Below are positions 9,037 through 18,868 of a stretch of 64,000 bases of DNA, one piece after another. The stretch covers positions 59,590 to 123,589 of the forward strand of contig PFAH01000002.1 of the NCBI GenBank assembly GCA_002773725.1, in the 5' to 3' direction. Source of the DNA: Candidatus Colwellbacteria bacterium CG10_big_fil_rev_8_21_14_0_10_42_22 (lineage in GTDB: Bacteria > Patescibacteriota > Minisyncoccia > UBA6257 > Colwellbacteraceae). How positions within the stretch are numbered: position 1 is the stretch's first letter; every line of letters begins with the position of its first letter. Position numbers and translations under genes: made by a program. Below the pieces are notes generated by a model that saw only the letters and a program-made list of their open reading frames with translations, was not told the origin of the DNA and ran no database searches.

Positions 9037-9777
9037 ATGAGTGACAAAGCAATACTCGAAATAAGGGCTGGTGCGGGCGGTGACGAAGCCGCTATTTTTG
9101 CGGGCGACCTAGCCCGCATGTATCAGCGTTTCGCTGAAAATGAGGGTTGGAAATTTACTGTTTTAGACACAAGTCAAACCTCCTTGGATGGCTATAAATC
9201 TTTCGTGGCTCAAATTAGGGGTGAGGGAGTATATGAAAAACTTAGGCAGGAATCTGGAGTACATCGTGTCCAACGTATTCCTAAAACAGAAAAGTCAGGC
9301 CGTATTCATACGTCAACTGCTTCTGTAGCAATAATGCCCGTAGTTGAGGCCCAAGAAGTAGCTATTAATCCAAGCGATCTAGACGTTTCTTTCTTCCGTT
9401 CAAGTGGTCCGGGTGGTCAAAACGTTAATAAAGTAGAAACGGCCGTAAGGATAGTCCATAAGCCAACCGGGGTTGTTGTAAGCTCGCAAGCTGGACGAAG
9501 TCAACAAAGTAATCGTGAGGTTGCCCTAGAGGTCCTTCGTTCTAAACTCTATGAAGCTCAAATCGAGAAACAGGGGCAAGAGATGGGAGAGTTGAGGCGT
9601 AGCCAAATAGGATCAGGTGACCGATCGGAGAAGATTCGCACATACAATTTTCCTCAAGACCGCATCACCGATCATCGTATCGGTAAGAAGTGGCACAATT
9701 TAGAAAAAATCCTTGAAGGAGATATAACGCCCATCATTAAGGCCTTTCAAAAAGCTAAAAAGGAAAGCGAGGGTTAA
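9037..9777 (+). CDS. prfA: Peptide chain release factor, RF1-type (PxT motif PKT, GGQ motif), lacking the N-terminal domain 1
   Basis: 246 aa begins EIRAGAGGDEAAIFAGDLARMYQRF, which corresponds to about residue 105 of canonical RF1. It also carries RVQRIPKTEKSGRIHTS and SGPGGQNVNK. An in-frame stop (8986-8988) lies 48 nt upstream, so there is no room for domain 1. Confidence 0.7.
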   Translation: MSDKAILEIRAGAGGDEAAIFAGDLARMYQRFAENEGWKFTVLDTSQTSLDGYKSFVAQIRGEGVYEKLRQESGVHRVQRIPKTEKSGRIHTSTASVAIMPVVEAQEVAINPSDLDVSFFRSSGPGGQNVNKVETAVRIVHKPTGVVVSSQAGRSQQSNREVALEVLRSKLYEAQIEKQGQEMGELRRSQIGSGDRSEKIRTYNFPQDRITDHRIGKKWHNLEKILEGDITPIIKAFQKAKKESEG

Positions 9778-9780
9778 AAA

Positions 9781-11220
9781 TTAACTTTCTAATAGCTTGA
9801 TATCTCTCTCGAATTGAGCTGCATGCTCTATAACGGCACGCCCATAAACATCGGTGCACACATATCTTTGCCAATTACCTCCACAATAATATCTAGCTGC
9901 CGCAGCCAACTCGTTTGATGAAGCTCCAGAATCTTTAAGATAAAGTCCTGATGCTACGAAGGCGTCCAAATTGTTCCACGGATTGGCGGGTCTATTGCCA
10001 GTTACCGCCTCCACGCGCGCCTTATACCCTATCCAAGTTGATGGAATGAACTGGGCAGGACCCATTGCGCCTCCATAAGATCCGTCTGATGTAATCGGAC
10101 AAGAGACATAAACTTTGTCCGGGTCTATGTTCAGTTCTTTTACGATTTGTAAGAATGGAGTTATATCGTCTCGTCTGGATTCTGGGGGTCCAGGCGCCAT
10201 AGCGGTCTTATAATTACACTGCCCCACATTCCTACCAAGGGCGGACTCTCTATCAAGCACAGCCAAAATAAGAGCAGCCCTCACGCCCGTTCTCTTTTCT
10301 GCATACTTAGCAAAATTGTAGGCCTCTTCAAATGTCATTTGCCCACCACCCAATAGGCGAAAGATTCTAGCTCTAATTTCAGCAGCGCTTCTTTCGGTAA
10401 CGGTTAGGAGTTGTTGGTAAGTGGCCTCTTCGCCCTTGGTCACATTAAGCAAGGTGTCTTTTTCTGACTTCACAGAATCAACTTCCTGTTTTTGCTTAAC
10501 CTGATAAAGACGAAGCGCCTCCACGTCGGATTTCTCAAGAGCCAGTATTTCTTTATGAGTAATCAACTCCTCTTGGGACTCGGCAAGCTCTATTAGGGTA
10601 TCTTTTAAGCCCTCTTGCACCACCAGAAGATCATTAACGCTAGTAAAGAAATCGGAAAGGTTTTGGTTAGCTAATAAGATTTCTAATATACCCTTTTCGT
10701 CGTCTCGGTTCATTCGTTGAACTACGTCCGAAAGGATGGTCTTGCTACGCCCGATCCTGCTCCTAACCTCTTCTATTTTTGAGGCAGTGCTTTTGATTTG
10801 TCCATTTAATTTATTTAAAGAAGAATTAATTGTATCTATCTGGCCATTAATACTGGCTATACGAGCATTGAGGCGGTTTATCTCTCCCTGAAGGGTGTCT
10901 CCCTTTTTTTGATATTCTTTAATCGTCTCCTGATATTGCTCTATCTGATATTCATACTGTTGAAGTTGGTCTTCCAGCTGTTCACGTTCTTGCTCAACAG
11001 TTAAGGCCCTAACACCTCCGCCAATCGGAGCAAAAACAGAACCGTTGGTCATAAGCACAAATCCAATAGCCACCAAAGTTCCTAAAACAGGCCTTATATA
11101 AGGAACTCGTGTCTTTGTCTTAGAGATAGGACTCAAGTTAACGCGCCCCGAACGTGGGGCAAAAACATCAACCCTCGACCCTCTCCTTATATCTATCAAT
11201 AAGCGAGGTTTGGGTCTCAT
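9781..11220 (-). CDS. Membrane-anchored coiled-coil protein with a C-terminal MltB-like lytic transglycosylase domain
   Basis: N-terminal TM (VLGTLVAIGFVLM), a long heptad-rich coiled coil, and a C-terminal ...SDGSYGGAMGPAQFIPSTWIGY... (the GAMGxxQFMPSTW motif of MltB-family enzymes). Confidence 0.6.
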   Translation of the reverse strand: MRPKPRLLIDIRRGSRVDVFAPRSGRVNLSPISKTKTRVPYIRPVLGTLVAIGFVLMTNGSVFAPIGGGVRALTVEQEREQLEDQLQQYEYQIEQYQETIKEYQKKGDTLQGEINRLNARIASINGQIDTINSSLNKLNGQIKSTASKIEEVRSRIGRSKTILSDVVQRMNRDDEKGILEILLANQNLSDFFTSVNDLLVVQEGLKDTLIELAESQEELITHKEILALEKSDVEALRLYQVKQKQEVDSVKSEKDTLLNVTKGEEATYQQLLTVTERSAAEIRARIFRLLGGGQMTFEEAYNFAKYAEKRTGVRAALILAVLDRESALGRNVGQCNYKTAMAPGPPESRRDDITPFLQIVKELNIDPDKVYVSCPITSDGSYGGAMGPAQFIPSTWIGYKARVEAVTGNRPANPWNNLDAFVASGLYLKDSGASSNELAAAARYYCGGNWQRYVCTDVYGRAVIEHAAQFERDIKLLES

Positions 11221-11318
11221 TGCTATTTATTATAACGTATCAAGGGCCCCCTTAGTTAGCGTCTTTGTCCCCTAAATCAGTTTTACCGATCGGGCAGACC
11301 ACCTCCTTGAGCGACGCT

Positions 11319-12002
11319 TTAGGCGTTTAGCTTGGCGGTTTTATCCTCATCATCATCTTCACCTTCTTTTGTTTCGCCATCTCTATCTTTCTTCTCGCCT
11401 TCAACCTCAATATCTTCTGGAGATAGCTCTTCCTCTAGCTCCTCCTCTTCTTCTCTCGGCTCCGTAATGCTTGCCACTACTGTTTCGTCATCCGTTAATA
11501 TTTCAAACTTAGCTCCAACTTTTAGGTCAGCCACCGTAATCGATTTACTAAAGTCATCTAAGACAGAAATGTCCACTTTTATCTCGTGAGGAATGTCTGA
11601 CGGCAATGCTTCTACTTCTACTTCATCCAAAACCTTGTTTAAGATTCCACCCAGTTCCTCAACTGCACGTGATTCTCCAACATATTCCAAAGGCACATGA
11701 GTCGTTACCTTTTTCTTTAAATCAACTTGGTAAAAATCAATGTTTAAAAGCTCGTCCGTAACAGGATTAATGTGAACTTCGTGAACTAATACCGGCCTTG
11801 TCTCTTCACCAAAAACCAAATTTATCATAGTGTTTTCTCCGGCCTCTTTATAAATTCTGGAAAAGTCGGCTTCTTTTATCTGAAGATGTTCGTTTTGGGC
11901 ACCGCTTCCATACAATTCAGCAGGAATCAAGCCATTTTTACGTAGGGTTTTTGTTTTTTTACCTAAAATTTCGCGCTTTTGCGCCTGAATCTCTAAAGTC
12001 AT
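11319..12002 (-). CDS. rplY: 50S ribosomal protein L25 / general stress protein Ctc with an acidic C-terminal tail
   Basis: MTLEIQAQKREILGKKTKTLRKNGLIPAELYG... matches the L25/Ctc N-terminal beta-barrel; the tail EEEEELEEELSPEDIEVEGEKKDRDGETKEGEDDDED is acidic. Confidence 0.8.
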   Translation of the reverse strand: MTLEIQAQKREILGKKTKTLRKNGLIPAELYGSGAQNEHLQIKEADFSRIYKEAGENTMINLVFGEETRPVLVHEVHINPVTDELLNIDFYQVDLKKKVTTHVPLEYVGESRAVEELGGILNKVLDEVEVEALPSDIPHEIKVDISVLDDFSKSITVADLKVGAKFEILTDDETVVASITEPREEEEELEEELSPEDIEVEGEKKDRDGETKEGEDDDEDKTAKLNA

Positions 12003-12013
12003 AGCAGGAGGGA

Positions 12014-12886
12014 TTATAGCATCCCGTTAAACAATTTCAATCTGTCTTTAACCACTTCATACACCCCCTCTTCTGATGCTGGGAAAACTTTATAAGGAGC
12101 TACTTGGGTTTTATCTTCCAACGCTCCTTCTATACCTTTGCGCCAAGCTACTCTTAATTCTGTATTTATATGAATTATGCGTATCCCCGCTTCTATGGCA
12201 GATCTGAAATCCTCGTCACTAATACCCGAACCGCCATGCAAGACCATGGGCACGCCGATTGATTTACCAATTGAACGAATCAATTCTATATCTAATTCGG
12301 GATTGGGAGTATTTTTAAACATTCCATGGAGATTGCCTACTGCTGGAGCAACTAAATCTACTCCCGTTTCTTCCACAAATCTTTTAACTTCTTCGACTGT
12401 CGGTAGCGCATCCCCACTTACCACCGCTCCTTCGGGAACTTCCTCTAAAATCTTGGATGATTTTCCTATATATCCCAACTCTCCTTCCACAAACACATCT
12501 TTGTCTATTCTTTTAACTAAACCGACCGCTTCTTTTGTTTTGTTGATATTCTCTTCTAAACCCTCGCTGGCTACGTCAAAGATAACAGCATCGTAGCCAG
12601 CCACCACTGCCTCCTTTATTTTCTCTAAAGATCTAAAATGGTCAGCATTTAAAAATATTGGATGATCTAGTTCTTTGCGAGCGTCCAAAACCATTGAGAC
12701 AGCTACGTTTAAATCTATGAATTCTGCTTCGCCTTCAGAGGTGCCAATGATTACAGGCACGCCCAACTCTTTCGCAGCTTTAGTAATGCCATGAAAAGCC
12801 GCTATGTCTGAAGTATTAAAATGCCCTAAGGCCACCTCTCTTTCTTTAGCCCACTCAAGAGCAGCTCTTAAAGTTTTTATCTTCAT
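12014..12886 (-). CDS. fba: Class II fructose-bisphosphate aldolase
   Basis: ALGHFNTSDIAAFHGITKAA..., ...NADHF..., ...LHGGSGISDEDFRSAIEAGIRIIHINTELR are characteristic of class II FBA / tagatose-bisphosphate aldolase. Confidence 0.8.
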   Translation of the reverse strand: MKIKTLRAALEWAKEREVALGHFNTSDIAAFHGITKAAKELGVPVIIGTSEGEAEFIDLNVAVSMVLDARKELDHPIFLNADHFRSLEKIKEAVVAGYDAVIFDVASEGLEENINKTKEAVGLVKRIDKDVFVEGELGYIGKSSKILEEVPEGAVVSGDALPTVEEVKRFVEETGVDLVAPAVGNLHGMFKNTPNPELDIELIRSIGKSIGVPMVLHGGSGISDEDFRSAIEAGIRIIHINTELRVAWRKGIEGALEDKTQVAPYKVFPASEEGVYEVVKDRLKLFNGML

Positions 12887-13878
12887 ATTTTACAGGGCTT
12901 ATATGATTTTGGAGCTCGAGCTAAATATGACTCAAGCTGATGTTTAATTAGAAGTCCTGCCCTAGCGCCGGTTTTCTGCACTACTGCCATTGAATTAATG
13001 GGGGCTCGTAGGAGCGCTTCTTCGATAGTGCCATTGCCAGCTAAAATAGCAGTGAAAGTGCTTGAGAATGCATCTCCTGCCCCGGTTCTTTCAAATGGAG
13101 GTTTGGAATCAGGATAAATAGGCATGAACCAATAATTGCCACCCTCTTTTACGTAGGCGCCCTCTTTACCATCCGTAATCACAACTATTTTAGGACCGAG
13201 TTTAGCTAAATTGTTTAAAAGTTTCTTAATATTCCCTTCTTTGGTATTGAGAATTCTTTGCGCCTCTTCTTTGTTAGAAAAGAAAAGTTCTGTGTGACGA
13301 TATATGCCCCTTAACTTCTCCTTGCCTAATTGCATCTGGAAAGTGCCTGGCTGAAAAGCAAGTTTAACTTTTGGGTGTTTTTCTAAATATTTTTGAACCT
13401 CCTTATGAAAAGAAAGCGTATTTTCCCCAACAGAAGAAAAGTAAATCCATTTGGGCTCGCCGATGAAAGGTAAAGAGTATTTGTATGTTTCGTGTTTAAT
13501 AAGGATTGTTCTCTCTCCCTTGAAGGATAAAACGTAGTGGTAGTTGCTCTTCTTGCCTTTGTGTACCTTTATAAAATCTTTGGCTACTTTCTCTTTTTTA
13601 AACACAGCTAGGGCCTCTTCTCCGTTTCTATCGTCGCCGATATTTGATACAAAGGCACTCTTGAGGCCTAAACGGGCGGCACAAACGGCAGCGTTTGCGG
13701 CGTTGCCAACTGCTGGCACTACTTCTACGCTTTCGTAAGGTATCTTATCTGCAAAACGCATACAAATTAGTTTGTTACCGTGGTCAATACTGTGGACCTT
13801 CGCCTCTTGAAGCTTGATGAAGGCATCTGTGGTCTGATCGCCGATGGCGATGAAATCATATTTTGTCTTATTTGCCAT
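12883..13878 (-). CDS. PfkB-family carbohydrate kinase (ribokinase superfamily; probable sugar-phosphate kinase of the glycolytic block)
   Basis: FIAIGDQTTDAF... at the N-terminus and the C-terminal GAGDAFSSTFTAILAGNG (PfkB anion-hole motif). Confidence 0.75.
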   Translation of the reverse strand: MANKTKYDFIAIGDQTTDAFIKLQEAKVHSIDHGNKLICMRFADKIPYESVEVVPAVGNAANAAVCAARLGLKSAFVSNIGDDRNGEEALAVFKKEKVAKDFIKVHKGKKSNYHYVLSFKGERTILIKHETYKYSLPFIGEPKWIYFSSVGENTLSFHKEVQKYLEKHPKVKLAFQPGTFQMQLGKEKLRGIYRHTELFFSNKEEAQRILNTKEGNIKKLLNNLAKLGPKIVVITDGKEGAYVKEGGNYWFMPIYPDSKPPFERTGAGDAFSSTFTAILAGNGTIEEALLRAPINSMAVVQKTGARAGLLIKHQLESYLARAPKSYKPCKI

Positions 13879-14869
13879 TTTTTCTTTTAATCACTCTTTT
13901 AACTGCCAATTTGATATCTTTAACAGCCATGCCATATTTATCAATCAATTCTTCGGGCTTGCCAGATTCACCAAAAACCCCTTGTATTCCAATGAATTCT
14001 TGGGGCGTTGGCAATTGGTTAGCCAAAAGTTCTGCTATCGCACTACCCATGCCACCTTCGATTTGATGCTCTTCAACCGTCACTACGGCTCCACAACGCT
14101 TAACCACATCCAAAACTCTAGTATTGTCCATAGGTTTAATAGTGTGATTATTCAAAACCAACGTTTCTATTCCTTCACTTTCAAGCTCTTTAGCTGCCAC
14201 AAGGGCATTATAAACAAGAGAACCGCAAGCGATAATAGCGCATTTGGGATCTTTTGAGTCCCAAAAAACCTCGGCTTGGCCAGGATAAAAAGGCGTATCG
14301 GGCGATGTAATGACGGGCGTTTCTTCTCTAGTATATCTAATATAGACCGGCCCCCAAACGTCGGTAGCTGAAAGGGTTGCTTTACGTGCTTCGTGAACAT
14401 CGCAGGGAACAATCACGCGCATATTGGCCATCACTCGCATAGTGGCAATATCCTCAATGGCCTGATGTGTCGCACCATCGGGACCCACACTAATACCCGC
14501 ATGGTGTCCGGCAATTTTAACATTGGCATTGTTGTATGAAATATTTGTTCGAATCTGCTCCCAATTTCTGCCCGGAGAAAAAGTAGCGTATGAAGCTATA
14601 AAAGGAATTTTACCCGAGACCCCTAAGCCAGCTGCTACACCAGCCATGTTTTGTTCCGCTACTCCAAGCTCAAAAAATCTTTCCGGAAACTTTTTAGCAA
14701 AAGCCGTGCTTTTAGTTGAATCTTTCAAGTCCGCACAAAGCGCCACCACTTCTGGATGTTTTTCACCGGCTTCGACTAGGCCTTCACCGTAACCGTTTCT
14801 AATCGGAATTTTTTCAGGATTCTTATTAAAAACCGTCTTATTTAATTTTTGTTCTCTTGCTAATGCCAT
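13868..14869 (-). CDS. Transketolase, C-terminal (pyrimidine-binding) subunit of a split enzyme
   Basis: ...FFELGVAEQNMAGVAAGLGVSGKIPFIASYATF..., ...HHAGISVGPDGATHQAIEDIA... are typical of the Tkt C-terminal half. Confidence 0.85.
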   Translation of the reverse strand: MALAREQKLNKTVFNKNPEKIPIRNGYGEGLVEAGEKHPEVVALCADLKDSTKSTAFAKKFPERFFELGVAEQNMAGVAAGLGVSGKIPFIASYATFSPGRNWEQIRTNISYNNANVKIAGHHAGISVGPDGATHQAIEDIATMRVMANMRVIVPCDVHEARKATLSATDVWGPVYIRYTREETPVITSPDTPFYPGQAEVFWDSKDPKCAIIACGSLVYNALVAAKELESEGIETLVLNNHTIKPMDNTRVLDVVKRCGAVVTVEEHQIEGGMGSAIAELLANQLPTPQEFIGIQGVFGESGKPEELIDKYGMAVKDIKLAVKRVIKRKNGK

Positions 14870-14870
14870 C

Positions 14871-15728
14871 TTAGTCGTATTCTGATCTAATCTTGCCCTT
14901 TATGCTTCTTAGTTCTTTAATAGCCCTTTCTTTTTCCTGACCGTTAGGCACCTTACCGTGCCAATTGAAATCATACTCCATAAAGCTTACTCCCTTACCG
15001 GGAATGGTGTGCGCAATTATCAAAGTGGGCTGATAGGAGATGGCTTTTGCTTCATTGGTGGCATCTATTATCTCTTCCATGTTGTGACCGTCTATGTCTA
15101 TAACGTTCCAGCCAAATGCTTCGTATTTTTCACGTAACGGTTCGAGGGGCATCACGTCCTCTGTTAAACCATCTATCTGGATATTGTTTCTATCTATGAT
15201 GGCGGTGATGTTTGAAAGTTTGTTTTTGCCGATAAACATAGCCGCTTCCCAAATCAAACCCTCCTGCTGTTCACCATCAGACATCAAACAATAGATTCTG
15301 TGTTTTTTTCCATCTAACCTAGCCGCTAAAGCCATCCCGGCTGCCTGCGATAGTCCAGCGCCTAGAGGACCTGAAGTGGCATCAATACCGGGCAAGGTTT
15401 CTCGATGGGGGTGGCCCTGCAATCTAGAATGTATCTTCCTCAAACTTTTTAATTCTTTCAGGGGAAAATAACCGGCGTATGCCATGGCAACATATTGCAC
15501 AGGAACGATATGTCCGTTAGATAAAATTAACCTGTCTCTATTTTCCCAATTCGGCTTTTTGGGATCATGCTTTAACACATGAAAATAAAGGGCGGTAAAC
15601 ACATCGGCCATACCCAAAGACCCAGCAGAGTGTCCGCTACCAGCATCTTCAAGAGCTTCAACAATCTTACGTCTAATTTTGTTAGCTGTTTTTTCTAAAA
15701 ACTCCTGTTCTTTTTCGCTTAAATACAT
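14871..15728 (-). CDS. Transketolase, N-terminal (thiamine-diphosphate-binding) subunit
   Basis: ...GSGHSAGSLGMADVFTALYF..., ...LSNGH..., GDGEQQEG are the Tkt N-terminal TPP-binding motifs. It overlaps the downstream subunit gene by 2 nt. Confidence 0.85.
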   Translation of the reverse strand: MYLSEKEQEFLEKTANKIRRKIVEALEDAGSGHSAGSLGMADVFTALYFHVLKHDPKKPNWENRDRLILSNGHIVPVQYVAMAYAGYFPLKELKSLRKIHSRLQGHPHRETLPGIDATSGPLGAGLSQAAGMALAARLDGKKHRIYCLMSDGEQQEGLIWEAAMFIGKNKLSNITAIIDRNNIQIDGLTEDVMPLEPLREKYEAFGWNVIDIDGHNMEEIIDATNEAKAISYQPTLIIAHTIPGKGVSFMEYDFNWHGKVPNGQEKERAIKELRSIKGKIRSEYD

Positions 15729-16360
15729 TAGATAAGTAATTCTAATTCTCTATATGCTTGGCTCGGATCCGGACTTTCAAAGATATAACTGCCAGACACC
15801 AGTATATCAGCGCCAACACCTAAAAATTGTATAGCCGTCTCCGGATCTACCCCTCCATCTACCTCTATTTTAACACCCCGATTTTCCCCTCGCAAAAATT
15901 CTATTTTTTTAGGAGCACCAGAACTCATTTTATGTCCACTAGGACCAGCCGGAACAGTTAATAAATTCACGTAATTAAATTTATTAAGATAGGGCAAGGC
16001 ATCCTCTTTGGCGGTGTTGATATCCAAAGATGGTACCAACTCCGCACCGCCCGCTTTAACTTGCTTTATAAGGTCTTCGTTAATTTTCTCCACCGGTACA
16101 ATAATTCGCCTCGCGCCCACTCGTAACCAATCATGAACTCTCTTTTCTATATCTTCTACCATTAAATGAACTTCTATGTTTAGGCGAAGATTAAGGGTTA
16201 TGAAGTCATGCACATCTCCCCAACTTTTCGTTTTGGTATATTTACCATCTGAAACATCTATATGTATCCAACCGATAGAAGGTGGCAAAAATCTCTCGGC
16301 TAAGCGAATGTTTCTACTGGCGCCCGTGAAATCCGGGCAATTAATGGCTGGTATGATCAA
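15728..16360 (-). CDS. rpe: Ribulose-phosphate 3-epimerase
   Basis: TIM-barrel with IHIDVSDG, HLMV, GVDGGV, which correspond to the RPE HxDxMDG / HLMV motifs. Confidence 0.7.
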   Translation of the reverse strand: MIIPAINCPDFTGASRNIRLAERFLPPSIGWIHIDVSDGKYTKTKSWGDVHDFITLNLRLNIEVHLMVEDIEKRVHDWLRVGARRIIVPVEKINEDLIKQVKAGGAELVPSLDINTAKEDALPYLNKFNYVNLLTVPAGPSGHKMSSGAPKKIEFLRGENRGVKIEVDGGVDPETAIQFLGVGADILVSGSYIFESPDPSQAYRELELLI

Positions 16361-16796
16361 GGGCTTTTAGTTGTTCTATTCTTCGTTTATGGTTTTCCTC
16401 TTCAGAGAAAGGTGTTTGCATCCAAACGCTAACTGTTTTAAGAGCTACATTCGCCTCAATAAAATCAGCTCCTAAGCATAAAATATTTGTATCGTCGTCA
16501 CTTCTACTAACCATTGCATGGTCTGGCGACATTGCCAAAACGCTTCTAACGTTTGCAAATTTATTGGCGGCAATATCCATCCCCACGCCCGAGGCGCAAA
16601 CCAACACCCCCCTACTGTTTTTAGAATCCATTGAAACTCTTTCTGCTACAGATTTTGCATAGTCGGGATAATCGTCGTTCTCAAGAATCGCTTCAGCACC
16701 CATATCGTGGACGGCATAACCGCTATTTTGCAAAAGGGCTTTTATTTGTTCCTTGAGGTTAAAACCACGATGGTCGGCACCTAAATATATAACCAT
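16341..16796 (-). CDS. rpiB: Ribose-5-phosphate isomerase B
   Basis: MVIYLGADHRGFNLKEQIKALL...GVLVCASGVGMDIAANKF... gives the RpiB/LacAB signature. Confidence 0.8.
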   Translation of the reverse strand: MVIYLGADHRGFNLKEQIKALLQNSGYAVHDMGAEAILENDDYPDYAKSVAERVSMDSKNSRGVLVCASGVGMDIAANKFANVRSVLAMSPDHAMVSRSDDDTNILCLGADFIEANVALKTVSVWMQTPFSEEENHKRRIEQLKALDHTSH

Positions 16797-16802
16797 TTTA
16801 AG

Positions 16803-17819
16803 TTAGACCAAGCTTGAAGCGTTTTCGACGTGGCGAACAAGCGTAGATACATATCCGGCTTCATTGTCATACCACGAAATCACCTTAACTAAACTGCCAT
16901 CCACCACTCGAGTGAAAGCCAAATCCACCACCGCTCCATAGGGCTCACCGATAATATCAGTAGAGACCACCTGTTCGTCAGTTACTTTCATGATGTTTCT
17001 CCAGCGTGGGGAACCAGCCGCTTTTTTAAGTAAATCATTAACTTCTTTAACGCTGGTTTTCTTTTTAGAGATAAAGGTTATGTCCGCTAAAGAAACTGCT
17101 ATCACCGGCACCCTAAAAGCTACTCCGTCAAACTTACCGTCCATCTCGGGAATGGCCCTGCCCACCGCAATAGCTGCTCCGGTTGATGTGGGAACAATAT
17201 TTTGAGCTGCCGCCCTACCTTTTCTAAAATCCTTTCCCTTGGTCTCTGTGTCTACCAGTCCCTGGCTGGCAGTGTATCCATGCACGGTTGATAGCATCGC
17301 CTTTTCAATACCTAGTTTTTCAGATAAAGCAGAGATAACTGGCGAAGTGGCATTCGTCGTGCAAGAACCATTTGAAGTCAAAACCACCGATTCAAGTTTC
17401 TTTTCATTCACTCCAACTAAAACCGTAGCCCCCTCTTTACCATCAGCGTCTTTCGAGGGAGCGGTAATAACCACTCTTTTAGCCCCAGCCCTAAGGTGTG
17501 GTTTAGCTTTCTCATAGGAGTTGAAAACACCAGTTGCCTCAACCACAATATCCACTCCCAACTTTTTCCAAGGCAGTTTAGCGGGATCGGATTCTTGAAG
17601 AACCTCTATTTTCTTATTACCAATTACCAACTTCCCACTCGAAAATTTAACTAAATCTTCGTATCTACCATAAACGCTGTCATATTTAAAAAGATAGGCA
17701 AGATTTTCCGGATCTCCTAAATCATTAATAGCGACTATTTCTAAATTCTTATTATTAAGGGCCTGCCTTAAAAAAAGCCGACCAATTCGGCCAAAGCCGT
17801 TTATTGCTACTTTGCTCAT
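16803..17819 (-). CDS. gap: Glyceraldehyde-3-phosphate dehydrogenase (type I)
   Basis: MSKVAINGFGRIGR NAD-binding N-terminus and the catalytic SNGSCTTNATSPV (the SNASCTTN block). Confidence 0.9.
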   Translation of the reverse strand: MSKVAINGFGRIGRLFLRQALNNKNLEIVAINDLGDPENLAYLFKYDSVYGRYEDLVKFSSGKLVIGNKKIEVLQESDPAKLPWKKLGVDIVVEATGVFNSYEKAKPHLRAGAKRVVITAPSKDADGKEGATVLVGVNEKKLESVVLTSNGSCTTNATSPVISALSEKLGIEKAMLSTVHGYTASQGLVDTETKGKDFRKGRAAAQNIVPTSTGAAIAVGRAIPEMDGKFDGVAFRVPVIAVSLADITFISKKKTSVKEVNDLLKKAAGSPRWRNIMKVTDEQVVSTDIIGEPYGAVVDLAFTRVVDGSLVKVISWYDNEAGYVSTLVRHVENASSLV

Positions 17820-17837
17820 ACAATTATTATACCCTAT

Positions 17838-18302
17838 CTATTCAAATCGAATGCTAACATCTGTACCCTTTTTTATACCTAGAGCACTAGCTCTACCCGA
17901 TGCTATTTCCAACACGTAATTTACTCTCTGCGGAGAGGGATATCTCTTCTTTTTATAAAGTGGCACATTAATCTCGGGATCAACCCGGTGCTCAACTCCG
18001 ACCACTTGATTATCTTTAATCCAAATAATATCTATAGGGATTAACATATCCTTCATCCAAAACTTTCTATTTGTAGGTGAGTCAAAAACAAAAAGCATGC
18101 CTTCGTTTTGAGCTAACGCATCTTCGCCCCCCAAACCCTTAGCTTGTTGAATGGCCGTGTTTGCGACATCTACCCTAAACTCCTGCCCACTGACCACAAT
18201 GGTCGCCTTTTTATATTGCGCTTTTGGTAACCAATCGCCTCTTAGAAACCAAAAGATAAGAAACGCTGTTGCTACTAATCCTAATATATAAATGGATTTC
18301 AT
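17838..18302 (-). CDS. DUF192 (COG1430) family protein with N-terminal signal/anchor
   Basis: ...GMLFVFDSPTNRKFWMKDMLIPIDIIWIKDN... matches the conserved DUF192 core. Confidence 0.6.
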   Translation of the reverse strand: MKSIYILGLVATAFLIFWFLRGDWLPKAQYKKATIVVSGQEFRVDVANTAIQQAKGLGGEDALAQNEGMLFVFDSPTNRKFWMKDMLIPIDIIWIKDNQVVGVEHRVDPEINVPLYKKKRYPSPQRVNYVLEIASGRASALGIKKGTDVSIRFE

Positions 18303-18772
18303 TTTTTGTTTTTATATTTCAAATTATACGCCACGATACTAAAGGCGACGGCTACGTTTAAGGATTCTTTTATGCCTCCCATTGGAATCTCTAACACCTT
18401 GTCCGCTCTTTTTAAAACAGAAGCCGGCAATCCTCTCACCTCATGCCCCATCACTAGAGCGTATCTCTCGTTTTTAGGGATGTATTTATAAAAAGGAATT
18501 GAGTTGTCCGCCTGTTCAATCGCTATAACTTGGTAGCCATCTTTTTTAAGTTTGTCTAAAAGGCGAGTGGTAGAAACACGTTTTTCATACGACACGGATG
18601 ATTCTGAACCCAAGGAGGTTTTTAAAAATTTAGGTCTTATTCTCCCAAGTTTATCCAGGGGTGAGGGCGTAACTCCACAAAGATATATTTTCTCCACGCC
18701 TAAAGCATCGGCTGTTCTAAACACAGAGCCGGTGTTGAACATGCTTCTTACGTTGTCCAAAACTACTATCAT
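18299..18772 (-). CDS. SpoU/TrmH-family RNA 2'-O-methyltransferase
   Basis: MIVVLDNVRSMFNTGSVFRTADALGV...ALVMGHEVRGLP...LEIPMGGIKESLNVAVAFSIVAY gives SPOUT class motifs 1-3. Confidence 0.8.
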   Translation of the reverse strand: MIVVLDNVRSMFNTGSVFRTADALGVEKIYLCGVTPSPLDKLGRIRPKFLKTSLGSESSVSYEKRVSTTRLLDKLKKDGYQVIAIEQADNSIPFYKYIPKNERYALVMGHEVRGLPASVLKRADKVLEIPMGGIKESLNVAVAFSIVAYNLKYKNKK

Positions 18773-18794
18773 TTATCTAAATCATAACACTCAA

Positions 18795-18868
18795 AAATAA
18801 AACAAGACCCACGTAGGGTCTGTTAGAGGAAACGGTAGGGATGAAACCCTTTCCGTTCCCTCCAACGA
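18795..18868 (-). terminator. Two tandem hairpins then a U-tract on the minus strand: terminator for GC-island B genes
   Basis: Minus-strand GAGGGAACGG...CCGTTTCCTC nested stem, then AGACCC-tacgt-GGGTCT followed by TGTTTTATTTTT. Confidence 0.5.
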
